From: Candidatus Bathyarchaeota archaeon
Lineage (GTDB): Archaea; Thermoproteota; Bathyarchaeia; TCS64
Length of the DNA: 64,000 nt
Reading direction: 5' to 3'
Assembly (NCBI GenBank): GCA_963771885.1
Contig: CAVYVF010000023.1
Coordinates: forward strand, 640,001 to 704,000
Within the stretch, counting starts at the first letter, position 1, and every line of letters begins with the position of its first letter. This document shows, one piece after another, positions 1-10,402 of this stretch. The position numbers and the translations under genes were made by a program. Below the pieces are notes generated by a model. The model saw only the letters and a list, made by a program, of their open reading frames with translations, had not been told where the DNA came from and made no database searches.

Positions 1-3000
1 CGACACGATCAACGACATACTAAAGGTTGCGAAGAAGTACAAGCGCGGCAAGGAGTGCCCACACTGCGGTATGCCGCAGACGAACGTCACGCTTCGCCAA
101 GCCCACAACCTTCTTCGAGTCAGAGTCAGCTGAAGAGGAGGAAGAAGTCGTGGTCGGTGTTGAGGGCGCAGGCGCCATCGCCGTCGAGGGCGAGGAGGCC
201 GCCAGTAGGCTCACCGCCAACATGATCAGGGAGTGGTTCGAAAGGATACCCGACGATGACCTACGCCTCGTGGACTTCGAGCCAGAGGTCGCACGCCCGG
301 AGTGGATGGTGCTACAGGTTCTCCCCGTCCCACCAGTGGACGTTAGGCCTAGCATCATCCTTGAATCCGGCATCAGGGCAGAGGACGATCTCACCCATAA
401 GCTCGTAGACATCATCAGGATCAACCAGCGTCTCCGCGAGAACATCGACGCAGGCGCACCGACCCTCATCATCGAGGACCTATCGGAGCTCCTCCAGTAC
501 CACGTCACAACCTACTTCAACAACGAGGTTTCCGGCATCCCACCCGCCCGCCACAGAAGCGGCAGGACCCTCAAGAGCCTCGCCCAACGCCTCAAGGGCA
601 AAGAGGGCAGGTTCAGGGGTAACCTATCCGGTAAGCGTGTAGACTACAGCGCACGCACGGTCATCAGCCCAGACCCGAACCTCGACATCAACGAGGTCGG
701 TGTACCCGTCGCGATCGCAGTCAGGCTCACTGTCCCCGACGTAGTCACGCCGAGGAACCTCGACGAGATGAAGAGGCTCGTACTGAACGGACCATACAAG
801 CACCCAGGCGCCCTCTACGTTGTGCGCCCGGACCAGAAGAGGATCAGGCTCGAGTTCGTGCAAGATAGGCACGGCATAGCCGACACCCTCGAGTCAGGCT
901 TCGTCATCGAGCGCCACCTCAAGGACGGCGACATCGCCCTCTTCAACAGGCAGCCCTCGCTGCATAGGATGAGCATCATGGCCCACAGGGTCAGGGTACT
1001 CCCCTTCAAGACCTTCCGCATGCACCTCGCGGTCTGCCCGCCCTACAACGCGGACTTCGACGGGGACGAGATGAACCTACACATCCCCCAGAGCAAGGAG
1101 GCGCAGACTGAGGCACGCATGCTCATGCAGGTACAGGACCAGATCCTCAGCCCACGCTACGGCGCACCAATCATCGGTGCAACCAAGGACTTCATCAGCG
1201 GAGCCTACCTGCTCACCCGTAAGGAGACACTCCTCACGGCGAAGGAGGTCGGCAAGCTCCTCGCACATGCCAACTACGTTGGCGAGATACCCACGCCAAT
1301 AATCGAGAAGCCCGTGAAGCAGTGGAGCGGGAAGCAGGTCTTCAGCCTCTTCCTCCCCAAGGACTTCAGCTTCGTCAGCCGCGCCAACGTCTGCCGCCAC
1401 TGCCCGACGTGCGACAAGGAGGCGTGCCAATACGACTCATACGTCCTCATCCAGGGCGGAGAGCTTCTCAACGGCGTCATCGATAAGAACAGCATCGGAG
1501 CAGAGCGCGCCGAAACCATCTTCCACCGCATCATCAAGGACTACGGCACCGACATCGGACACGACTTCCTAAACAACATCACGCGCCTCATCAACGGCTT
1601 CCTCACAATACGCGGCTTCAGCTACAGCTACGACGAGCTAAACATCGCCGAGAAGGAGCGCAACACCATCAACTCCGTCATGAGAAGAATGGAGAAGAGT
1701 GTTGAAAACCTCATAGACCAGGCTGAGACAGGCCAACTCGAGCGTCTCCCCGGGCAGACGATGACCGAGACCTTCGAGATCAAGGTCATGAATGAACTCG
1801 CCCAAGCCCGTGATAAGGCGGGTGAAACAGTCGAGCAGGGGCTGGGAATGGGCAACTCGGGCATCATCATGACCCGTAGCGGAGCCCGCGGCTCAAGCCT
1901 CAACATCGGCCAGATGATGGGCAGCGTAGGACAGCAGTCTATTCGTGGCAAGCGCATCATGAGGGGTTACGAGAACCGCACGCTGCCTCACTTTAAGGAT
2001 GGGGACCCGACGCCCCAGGCAAGAGGATTCGTCTACAACTGCTACCGCGACGGCCTCACGCCTCTGGAGTACTTCTTCCACAGCATGGGCGGCCGCGAGG
2101 GGCTGGTCGACACGGCTGTACGCACTCAGCAGAGCGGGTACATGCAGCGCCGCCTCATCAACGCCCTCGAGCACCTTCGCGTCGAATACGACGGCACTGT
2201 CCGCAACAGCATAGGCGACATCATCCAATTCCAATACGGAGAGGACGGTATCGACCCGAGCAAGAGCGACCACGGCAAGGCCGTAAACGTCGTCCAGCTC
2301 ATCGACCGCGCCAAACTAACCGAGAAGAAGGGCACAGCCGCCTCCGACGACTACGTGGAGAAGAAAATCGACCAACTAACCATACTGCCGCAGAGCCTCA
2401 TAATCGAGTTGAAGGCGCAGCTCAAAGCATCCGGACTCACGAAGGCGGGCGTCGACCGCCTCATAGACTCGGCGATGAAGAACTACGACTACAGCCTCGT
2501 CGAACCGGGCGAGGCCGTCGGCATACTCGCCGCCCAGAGCATAGGCGAGCCCGGCACGCAGATGACGCTCCGTACATTCCACTACGCAGGTGTCGCTGAG
2601 CAGAACGTAACACTCGGCCTCCCACGTCTCATCGAGATCGTCGACGCAAGGAGGACCCCATCGACGCCAGTCATGGAGATCTGCCTCGACGCAAAGCACA
2701 GGAAGAGCGAGAAGCTCGCACGCGAGGTCGCTCAGAAGCTAACCTACACTACACTCGACGACGTCGTCAGCGGGGTCAACGTCGACTTCAACGCCAATGT
2801 CGTGCGCATCGAGATCAACGCGGCGCAGCTCGAGGCCCTCAGCGTCTCTGAGAAGGAAATCGAGGACGCATTCCCGACGAAGTTCGAGAAGGAAGGCGAC
2901 CTCATCTACACCGTCAGCCTCGACGAGGAGAAGAGCGGCAACCCCGAGGTCCTAACTCATACCATCGGATCCGCGAAGATCAGGGGCATCCTCGAGATCA

Positions 3001-3485
3001 AGCGTGTCCTCACCCTCCAGGAGGGCGGCGAGTGGATAATCAGGACTGATGGCAGCAACCTCGAGGAGGTCATTAAGATAGACGGCGTCGACGCCATGAG
3101 GACCACTACGAACAACATACACGAGATAGCGGAGATATTCGGCATCGAGGCGGCGCGCAACGCCCTCATCAAGGAGGCCCACAACGTACTCGAGGAGCAG
3201 GGCCTAGACGTCGACATAAGGCACGTCATGCTCGTCTCCGACATCATGACCAAGATGGGCGAGGTGCAGCAGATTGGTCGCCACGGCATCAGCGGCGAGA
3301 AGAGCAGTGTCCTAGCGAGGGCGGCCTTCGAGCTCACGATACAGCACCTCGTATCCGCGGCAATCCGCGGAGAAATCGATCCGCTTAAAGGCGTGATCGA
3401 GAACATCATCGTCGGACAGTCGATGCCGCTCGGAACGGGCAGCGTCGAGCTGTTCATGACAATGGGTGGTAAACGCGATGAGTAG
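1..3485 (+). CDS. rpo1: DNA-directed RNA polymerase largest subunit Rpo1, fused A'+A''; 5' end outside window; +1 frame break near 90
   Basis: Catalytic NADFDGDEMN, GKRVDYSAR and GGREGLVDTAVRT continue in frame into A'' motifs AQSIGEPGTQMTLRTFH and ENIIVGQ. The upstream CPHC Zn motif is in frame 2 and switches to frame 3 near 90. Confidence 0.97.
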
Positions 3486-3790
3486 CATAGACCAAGAGCT
3501 GAGACTCGCACTCTCCACCGGCAAGGTCCAAGTAGGATCAAAGGTTGCCGTCAGGGAGCTGCGCAGAGGAAGAGCAAAGCTGGCGATAGTCAGCAGCAAC
3601 TGTCCCCGCGAGGCGAGGGAGACAATCGTAAATTATGGGAAGCTCGGGGAGGTTCCCCTCATGGAGCATCCCAAGGACAGCGTAGACCTAGGAACGCTCT
3701 GTGGAAAGCCGTTTCCGGTCAGCGCCATGGTCATCCTTGAGCCGGGAGACTGCCAAGATCCTCGAATTGGTGAAGAAGAAAGATGCTTAG
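3478..3790 (+). CDS. rpl30e: 50S ribosomal protein L30e (+1 frame break near 3752)
   Basis: LSTGKVQVGSK...LGTLCGKPF. The conserved end PGDSKILELV is restored by removing one base near 3752, with stop at 3788-3790. Lies between rpo1 and nusA. Confidence 0.93.
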
Positions 3791-4214
3791 CAACGTCAAG
3801 ATAACGGAGAACGAGATGAAGTTCATCCAGTTGCTCCAGAACATGACGGGGGCGACTGTGGTGGACTGCATTATCGAGGAGGAGAGCCTCATCTTCACCG
3901 TTAAGAAGGGTGAGGTTGGCTTGGCTGTCGGCAAGGGCGGGGAGAAGATCAAGCGGTTCCGCGCCATGACTAACAAGCAGGTTGAGATCTTCGAGTACAT
4001 GGAGGACCCTGACAAGTTCTTGAGGAATGCCCTGAAGCCGGCGCAGGTGAAGGACATACGCCTTATCGACAGGATGGACGGCCACAAGATCGCTATGGTG
4101 ACTGTCGACCCCCACGACAAGGGGATAGCCATCGGTAAGAACGGCGAGAACATAAAGAAGATACGCTTCCTAGCGAAGCGCTACTTCAGCCTCGAGAACG
4201 TCGTAGTCAACTAA
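3783..4214 (+). CDS. nusA: archaeal NusA-like KH-domain transcription factor
   Basis: Two KH GxxG loops (AVGKGGEKI, AIGKNGENI); canonical position after rpl30e. Confidence 0.95.
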   Translation: MLSNVKITENEMKFIQLLQNMTGATVVDCIIEEESLIFTVKKGEVGLAVGKGGEKIKRFRAMTNKQVEIFEYMEDPDKFLRNALKPAQVKDIRLIDRMDGHKIAMVTVDPHDKGIAIGKNGENIKKIRFLAKRYFSLENVVVN

Positions 4215-5249
4215 GGCTCGTATATTTCTTCTCTTGTCATGATGGGGAAATCCTTCTTTTCAGCCATTTGCGTTAGTTGTTCAATGGTGTATCTGCCGGG
4301 TTTCTCGCCATTCTTGGCCATGTTCTCGGCGACGTGCCACAGCGTCTCGTTGTAGGGGCACGGGATGCCGAGGGCTCGACCCATCTTGACGACATCGCCA
4401 TTTATTGCCTCAGCCTCGGTGTTGCCGGTGCCCCTGACCATGCTCTGCCAGGTTGAGCTGCGTTTCACATCGGCGCCCTGGTAGTCCTTTGGCATCTTGT
4501 TGGTGCCACGTATAGCCTTGACTCGTGCCTCGAATTCGTGAAGGTCCTCCCACTCTACTCCCGCTTGCCTCCAGACGGTCTCGGCTTCGGTCCTGACTGC
4601 GCGGTTGTATGCGTTAGCGTCTCCCCGCGCGTCTGTTATCGCCTCGAGTGCGTTGTTCAGGTTTATGAGTGTCTTGGCGGCCTTGGCACGCATGACGTTG
4701 TGTGTTGGATTTTGAAGCGAAGCCCGCTTCGAGGAGGGCTGAGACTATTCTAGTTACTAGTTCGTCTGTGCCGCTGGGGTAGCGCCCGACCTCTATGAAG
4801 CCGCCGTTGCCGGTGATTGGGTGGATTACCTCGCCGGGTGTGAGGAATATGGCTGGCATGTTAATCATGGCGCCGTATACTTTGTCGAAGACCCGGGTCG
4901 TGTAGGGCTCGTTAATTATGGAGTTCTGGGCGCAGACTATGGGGAGGCTTCTCGGGGCGCCAGCGTTCTTGAGCTGGCCGATGCACGTGGCGGTGTGCTG
5001 GCTCTTAGAGGTGAGTAAGACGACGTCGTCTCCGCGGAACGGCGCTAGCTCTGACGCCTCCTTGAACGCCGGAATCTTGAGGATGTAGGTCTCGTCGGGG
5101 GTCAGTAGCCTGAGACCCGACTCCCTGATCTTCTCGACGTGTCTAGGACTACCGACTAGGACCGCGTCGTGCCCTGTTCTGAATAGATGCCCGGCGATGG
5201 AGCTGCCGATGCCTCCAGCTGCATAGACGATGAAGCGCATGCTTGTCAT
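4211..5249 (-). CDS. 2-dehydropantoate 2-reductase (ApbA/PanE) family protein, split by +1 frame break near 4700
   Basis: N-terminal Rossmann (VYAAGGIG), LTSKSQ and CAQNS. The C-terminal ORF has KTLINLNN, SSTWQS and TEAEAINGDVV. Confidence 0.8.
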
Positions 5250-6270
5250 TGTATGAGTTATAATGTGACGTATAAACGGGGATGAGCGCGAGATTCTAAT
5301 AGTCACAATTTAGCCCTGATATCCCTTGCGCGCACGCTCATCTACCTTTTCCCAAATTTCACCTCCAGTTACTACATCCATGGATCACGCGCTAGGGAAT
5401 GCTAGGTGCGCTCAAACACTCCGGTAAATGCCGTTCGAAGTAGTCGATATAGAAAAGCATCAGTCCCCGGTGATCTGTTTTGTTTTCGGTCTTCCGGGCT
5501 TCGGCTTGATCAGCCGATCCAGACACCTCACTACTATCGTGGCTTGCTCAAGCTGCTCCCGTTTCTCGTTGAGCTGCTTCAGGCGAAGAATAAGGCCGTG
5601 GGCGACTGGGATCTCCTCCTCGGTGAGGCGGGTCTGCGTATCTTCAATGGTACCAATTTCTCCACGTGTTTGGTTGCGCCGCTAGTGCTAAGAATTGTGG
5701 ATAGGTTAGGTAGTGCACGCGAAAGTATCACTTCCGGGGACTCAGCATGTTTGGTATCAGGAAGGTATATGAGGAGTATCATTTTGGTATCTATGACGTA
5801 TCTGTAAGGTATCAGTTGGTCCAAAATATGGGCTGAAAGAGCATGCTAGCTACTGTAGGGAGGTATGGCCATATTGAGTACTTTTGCAGGAATCGTCCAT
5901 GGTTAATAGAGGGTGAAGATACCGAAGGTACACTGCAGATGCCTTTTGAGCATGAGTTGATCCCTGAGTATTCGATTCTGATACCTTGTTTTGACGAGGC
6001 TTAAACACTTTAAGCGTATAGCGTCGCATCTTTGATCGTCCATGATACTCCCTCTAATCAAGGAGCTGGGAGAGCTCTCGAGGGCGCCCAAGATTGCTGA
6101 GGCGCAGAGGGAAAAGGCAAGGCTTGATTCGAAACTGCGGGGATACGGGTTTACGATTCACGATTGCTTCGTGTTGTTCCGAGGCAGGTGTCCGAGATTT
6201 CAATCAAGAGGAACACTGTGTGTGTGGGGGTAAAGACTTTACCCCCTCGATATATATAGAAGGCATTGGC

Positions 6271-7428
6271 ATGACCACTATCAAACCGACCGGTGGACAA
6301 GGGCGCGACCGCTTAGAACACCGGCTCTGGCTCGAGCAACAGATGCGAGGCTGGAGAAAATATACTAACATGACGATGCATGAGTCGGACGTCCAGCCGA
6401 TGAAGATGAGTGAGGTCCTAGCCCTCGCCGATGAAGAGCTTCGGAGTGATTGGGAGAACCTCACACTCAAGTACACTGAGACGAACGGCGGCACAAAGCT
6501 GCGCACGGAGATAGCCAAGCTCTACAAAGACGTCGATCCAAACCAGGTAATAGTCTTCGCTGGCGCCGACGAGGCGATCTGGGTCTTCTTCACCGCCATG
6601 CTCAAGCCAAGCGACCACGTCGTCGTACTATGGCCCGCTTACGAGGCACTCTACCAACTAGCAAGACTTGCCGGAGCTGAGGTCACGCTTGTACCCCTTG
6701 AGCCAGACAGTTGGCGTGTCGACGTGGACGCAGTTGCCAAAGCAATGCGACCAAACACCAAATTCCTAGTCACCAACTTCCCCCACAACCCAACTGGCTC
6801 GACCGTCGACCAAGCCACCTACAAGGCGCTTATCAACCTCTGCCACGAGAAAGGCGTAACCTTCGTCGGGGACGAAGTCTACCACCTCCTCGAGCACAAG
6901 CCCGAGTACCGTCTCCCACCCGCCGTGGACGCCGACGAGACCGCCGTGAGCTTCGGAGTCATGTCAAAAGCCTACGCACTCTCAGGACTCAGAATAGGCT
7001 GGATTACAATCAAGGAACCGACCCTGCTTAAGAAGCTCGACGAGATGAACGGCCTCGCCACCCCATGTAAGCCAGCGCCCAGCGAACTACTCGCCACCAT
7101 GGCGCTCCGCTCCAGAGACAAGGTCCTCGCCCGCAGCCACAAGATAATCGAGGACAACATGCCCCTCATGGAGGAGTTCTTCGAGGACTACGGCGACCAC
7201 TTCAGATGGGTACACCCTAAAGGTTCCACTGTAGGCTTCCCCGAGCTCATCGGGATGAACGTCGAAAAGTTCACGGAAGAATACGCGAAGCAGGAGCACG
7301 TAATGGTCTGGCCAGGGATGATCTTCAACTACCCGGGGAACAACTTCCGCATAAGCTACGGGCGGACATGGGTCCCCGAGGGGCTACGCCGCCTCAGGCA
7401 CTTCGCCGACAAGAACCTCAAGCCCTAG
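6271..7428 (+). CDS. class I/II PLP-dependent aminotransferase
   Basis: NFPHNPTG, DEVY and the PLP lysine motif MSKAYALSGLRIGW. ATG 6271 follows TATATATA at 6251-6258. Confidence 0.92.
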   Translation: MTTIKPTGGQGRDRLEHRLWLEQQMRGWRKYTNMTMHESDVQPMKMSEVLALADEELRSDWENLTLKYTETNGGTKLRTEIAKLYKDVDPNQVIVFAGADEAIWVFFTAMLKPSDHVVVLWPAYEALYQLARLAGAEVTLVPLEPDSWRVDVDAVAKAMRPNTKFLVTNFPHNPTGSTVDQATYKALINLCHEKGVTFVGDEVYHLLEHKPEYRLPPAVDADETAVSFGVMSKAYALSGLRIGWITIKEPTLLKKLDEMNGLATPCKPAPSELLATMALRSRDKVLARSHKIIEDNMPLMEEFFEDYGDHFRWVHPKGSTVGFPELIGMNVEKFTEEYAKQEHVMVWPGMIFNYPGNNFRISYGRTWVPEGLRRLRHFADKNLKP

Positions 7429-7810
7429 GCTTGTAGGCGACAGCCTCTATCTCTACTAGAATCTCATCCATGACTAGCTTCGTAACGATGGTCGACCTCG
7501 CCGGCGTCGGTCCCTCAAAGAAGGTCATATAGACTTCGTTCATCTTCTCATAGTAGTCAATGTCGGCGATGAAGACCGTCGCCTTCACAATATCATCCAT
7601 GGTGGCGCCGGCTGCAGCCAGCGTTTTTCGGAGATCGGCGAGCGTCGCCCTCGTCTGGTCCTCGATAGTGGTCAGCTCCCGCCCCTGCTCGTCCTCGAGC
7701 CCAATATGACCACATGTATAGATGAAGTCGCCAGCACGGACCGCCGGGTTATAGTGCGCGTCCGCTGGATAATCGAGCCTTATCGTCTCTTTACGATTCA
7801 TGACCCGCAT
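7418..7810 (-). CDS. RidA/YjgF enamine-imine deaminase
   Basis: YNPAVRAGDFIY, MNEVY, PARS (catalytic Arg), LVEIEAVAY. Confidence 0.92.
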   Translation of the reverse strand: MRVMNRKETIRLDYPADAHYNPAVRAGDFIYTCGHIGLEDEQGRELTTIEDQTRATLADLRKTLAAAGATMDDIVKATVFIADIDYYEKMNEVYMTFFEGPTPARSTIVTKLVMDEILVEIEAVAYKPRA

Positions 7811-7883
7811 CTACCCATGTATCTATAATAAACCCTGTGGGGGAAGCCTTTTCACAGCCGAAACACAGTGGAGGCTGATAGGT

Positions 7884-8960
7884 ATGCTGGAGAGGGAGGC
7901 GGCGAAGTACCCGTTCCTCACTGAGGCGGCGAAGCTAGTCGACGCCCTCAACCTCCAGCTCGACGACCTCGCTAATCCTCTCTACGATAAGGTGCTCGAC
8001 CGCGCCGCCGAGCGCGTAATCCAAGCAATCGAGGACGGCGCAGTAGACGACAAGCTCGACGACTACATGACGGAGCTGCTCAGCTTCCCAGTCGCCGTCA
8101 TGTTCGTCTCGGTCGCGGGTGAGCAGTTCCTAAGCAGACGCTACGCCCTCTCTGAGGCGGTGCGCGTCTACTTCCTCCTGCAGGATGAGGATCGGGAGAA
8201 GCTCGCCCAGATAGCCCGGGAAGACTTCAGCTGGGACCTCAAGGACTCAGGAGAGCGTTATGACGGTGTGCTCCACGACTTCCGCCTCCACTTCCACGAC
8301 TACCTCCGTAGCTCCAGTAGCTTCCACGAGGACAAGTGGAAGCTCGTCAACCGCATAGTCAAGAATGGTTACGTTCTCCTCACCCAGCGCGAGGTGGCTC
8401 GCCTAATACAGGGGGAGGTGGAGACGCTCATCAAAGAGCGGTTGAAACCTGTTAAGATCAATCTTCCTGAGCCTCTGCAGAGGCGCCTCGACCGAGTCTC
8501 CAAGGTCTTCGAGGAGAACCGGCGCCGCCTAGGCGGCGAGGACCTACCAAGCGAGGTGCTCAACGAGGCTTTCCCACCCTGCATCCGCTTCTGCATGGAG
8601 GGGCTCCTCGCAGGGCGCCGCGCCAGCCACATGGAGCGCTTCGCCCTCACCAGCTTCCTAGTCACCATCGGGATGCCCCTCGACAGCCTCATAGACCTCT
8701 ACACGAGCGTCAGCGACTTCGACCCCGCCATGACAAAGTACCAGGTCGAGCACATCGCAGGCGTCAAGGGGAACAGGACGAAGTACACTCCGCCCCTCTG
8801 CGACACGCTCCGCACACACGGTATATGCCGGAATAAGGACGACATCTGCGAGCGAGTAAAGCACCCCCTCAGCTACTACCGCGCCAAAGCGCGCCGCCTA
8901 GCCTACCAGAGACCCTCACCCCAACCTCAAGCCTCAAATACGACTCCCCCCAGCCCATAG
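7884..8960 (+). CDS. priL: DNA primase large subunit
   Basis: AKYPFL start, FPPCI, YQVEHIAG and KYTPPLCDTLRTHGIC...C...HPLSYY (Fe-S domain). Confidence 0.95.
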   Translation: MLEREAAKYPFLTEAAKLVDALNLQLDDLANPLYDKVLDRAAERVIQAIEDGAVDDKLDDYMTELLSFPVAVMFVSVAGEQFLSRRYALSEAVRVYFLLQDEDREKLAQIAREDFSWDLKDSGERYDGVLHDFRLHFHDYLRSSSSFHEDKWKLVNRIVKNGYVLLTQREVARLIQGEVETLIKERLKPVKINLPEPLQRRLDRVSKVFEENRRRLGGEDLPSEVLNEAFPPCIRFCMEGLLAGRRASHMERFALTSFLVTIGMPLDSLIDLYTSVSDFDPAMTKYQVEHIAGVKGNRTKYTPPLCDTLRTHGICRNKDDICERVKHPLSYYRAKARRLAYQRPSPQPQASNTTPPSP

Positions 8961-8969
8961 ATCACCACA

Positions 8970-9092
8970 TTGGCGGACGTAAACGAGTCCATTAAGAACA
9001 CGGGGCTACACTTCTGCACCCAGTATAACAACCTCGTCAGGTTCAACCCCAAGTTCTGCGGCAAGTGCCCACACAACGGCCTGAAGAAGTAG
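8970..9092 (+). CDS. putative 40-aa Cys/His microprotein (not in ORF track)
   Basis: TTG...TAG encoding MADVNESIKNTGLHFCTQYNNLVRFNPKFCGKCPHNGLKK; starts just after the priL stop; host-like C/G-ending codons. Confidence 0.55.
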   Translation: MADVNESIKNTGLHFCTQYNNLVRFNPKFCGKCPHNGLKK

Positions 9093-9148
9093 CCCGCGTC
9101 GAAGCAAACCAGTTTTTAAAACGGGGAGATCACATCTACCTGATACCT

Positions 9149-10402
9149 ATGGAGTCGGACTGGGGTAGCCCAAAATTCGTAGCGGAACAGTTCCATAGGT
9201 GGTACCAGTCAAACGCGAGGACGATTCCCGCCCCAACAGAGATCAGGCAGAGGGAGTTCGCCTTCCTCCAGTTCGGGGGGAAGACGATGTTCCGCCACAT
9301 AGGCTTCCCAGACGAGGGCTCGTTCCGCCGCTACCTAGCAGAAAACAGCCCCGCCCACAGCTACCACAGCAGCAGCTACTATCAGCGCCCCGAGGCAGAC
9401 ATGGCGGGGAAGGGCTGGACAGGCGCAGACCTCGTCTTCGACATAGACGCCGACCACTTCGATCTCCCATGCCAGCACGAACACGACAAGTGGAAGTGCA
9501 AAAACTGCGGCGAATCAGGAACCGGGAAGCACCCCGAGATATGCAAGTGCGGCAAGGCCGCATTCGAGGAGGAGACCTGGCTCTGCGAACGCTGTCTACA
9601 GGCGGCGAAACATGAGACCCAGAAACTCCTCGACATGCTCATACAGGACCTTGGATTCAGCCCCGCGGGAGACTTAGTCGTCAACTTCTCAGGCAACAGG
9701 GGCTACCACGTTCACGTCAGGAGCACCAAGATAAGGAAGCTCGACCAGTACGGGCGCCGAGAGGTCGTCGACTACATCCTAGGCACCGGGCTCAAGCCGG
9801 AGTACCTCGGCTTCAACCCCCGCGCCAAGGGCGGGCGATCCACGCTCGCCGACGAGGGCTGGAGAGGCAGGGCGGGGAGAGCACTCTACGACTTCATCGC
9901 CTCGACTCCACCAGAGGAGATCAAGGCTCTAAAGATGGGACGCAAGATCACGAGCCTCCTAGTCAACGAGCGAGACAAAGCACTCACAATATTGGAGGAG
10001 AGCCACCCAAGCGTCCTCCTCAAGACCGTCGACGTAAGTGACGAGGACAAGCTAATGACCGACCTCTCCAAGCTGATGGAGATCGCCGTCAAAGAGCAAG
10101 CTGCGGACATAGATACCGTTGTCACCACTGACATCCACCGCCTAATTCGCCTACCCAACACCCTCCACGGGAAGACGGGCTGGCAGGTCCAGACGATCGA
10201 CCTCGACGGTCTCCCCGACTACGACCCGATGACGAGCGCCATAGCGTTCCGCACGGGGGAGGCGAAGGTATATGTCAGACACGCGCCGAAGGTACATATC
10301 GCCGACGCCGAGTGGGGGCCCTACACGCAGGAGTCCGTCACCGTGCCCACCGCTGTGGCGCTGTTCCTCCTCTGCAAGAAGGGGGCGAGGATAGACCAAT
10401 GA
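9149..10402 (+). CDS. priS: DNA primase small (catalytic) subunit
   Basis: REFAF, LVFDIDAD, FSGNRGYHVH, IDTVVTTDIHRLIRLPNTLHGKTG. Confidence 0.96.
   Translation: MESDWGSPKFVAEQFHRWYQSNARTIPAPTEIRQREFAFLQFGGKTMFRHIGFPDEGSFRRYLAENSPAHSYHSSSYYQRPEADMAGKGWTGADLVFDIDADHFDLPCQHEHDKWKCKNCGESGTGKHPEICKCGKAAFEEETWLCERCLQAAKHETQKLLDMLIQDLGFSPAGDLVVNFSGNRGYHVHVRSTKIRKLDQYGRREVVDYILGTGLKPEYLGFNPRAKGGRSTLADEGWRGRAGRALYDFIASTPPEEIKALKMGRKITSLLVNERDKALTILEESHPSVLLKTVDVSDEDKLMTDLSKLMEIAVKEQAADIDTVVTTDIHRLIRLPNTLHGKTGWQVQTIDLDGLPDYDPMTSAIAFRTGEAKVYVRHAPKVHIADAEWGPYTQESVTVPTAVALFLLCKKGARIDQ

Noticed and set aside
3466..3804. L30e with a novel C-terminus
   Set aside because: The conserved GDSKILEL end is present in the +1 frame, so this is a frame break.
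6042..6233. 63-aa ORF upstream of the aminotransferase
   Set aside because: No recognisable motif and weak coding signal in its second half; it cannot be supported.
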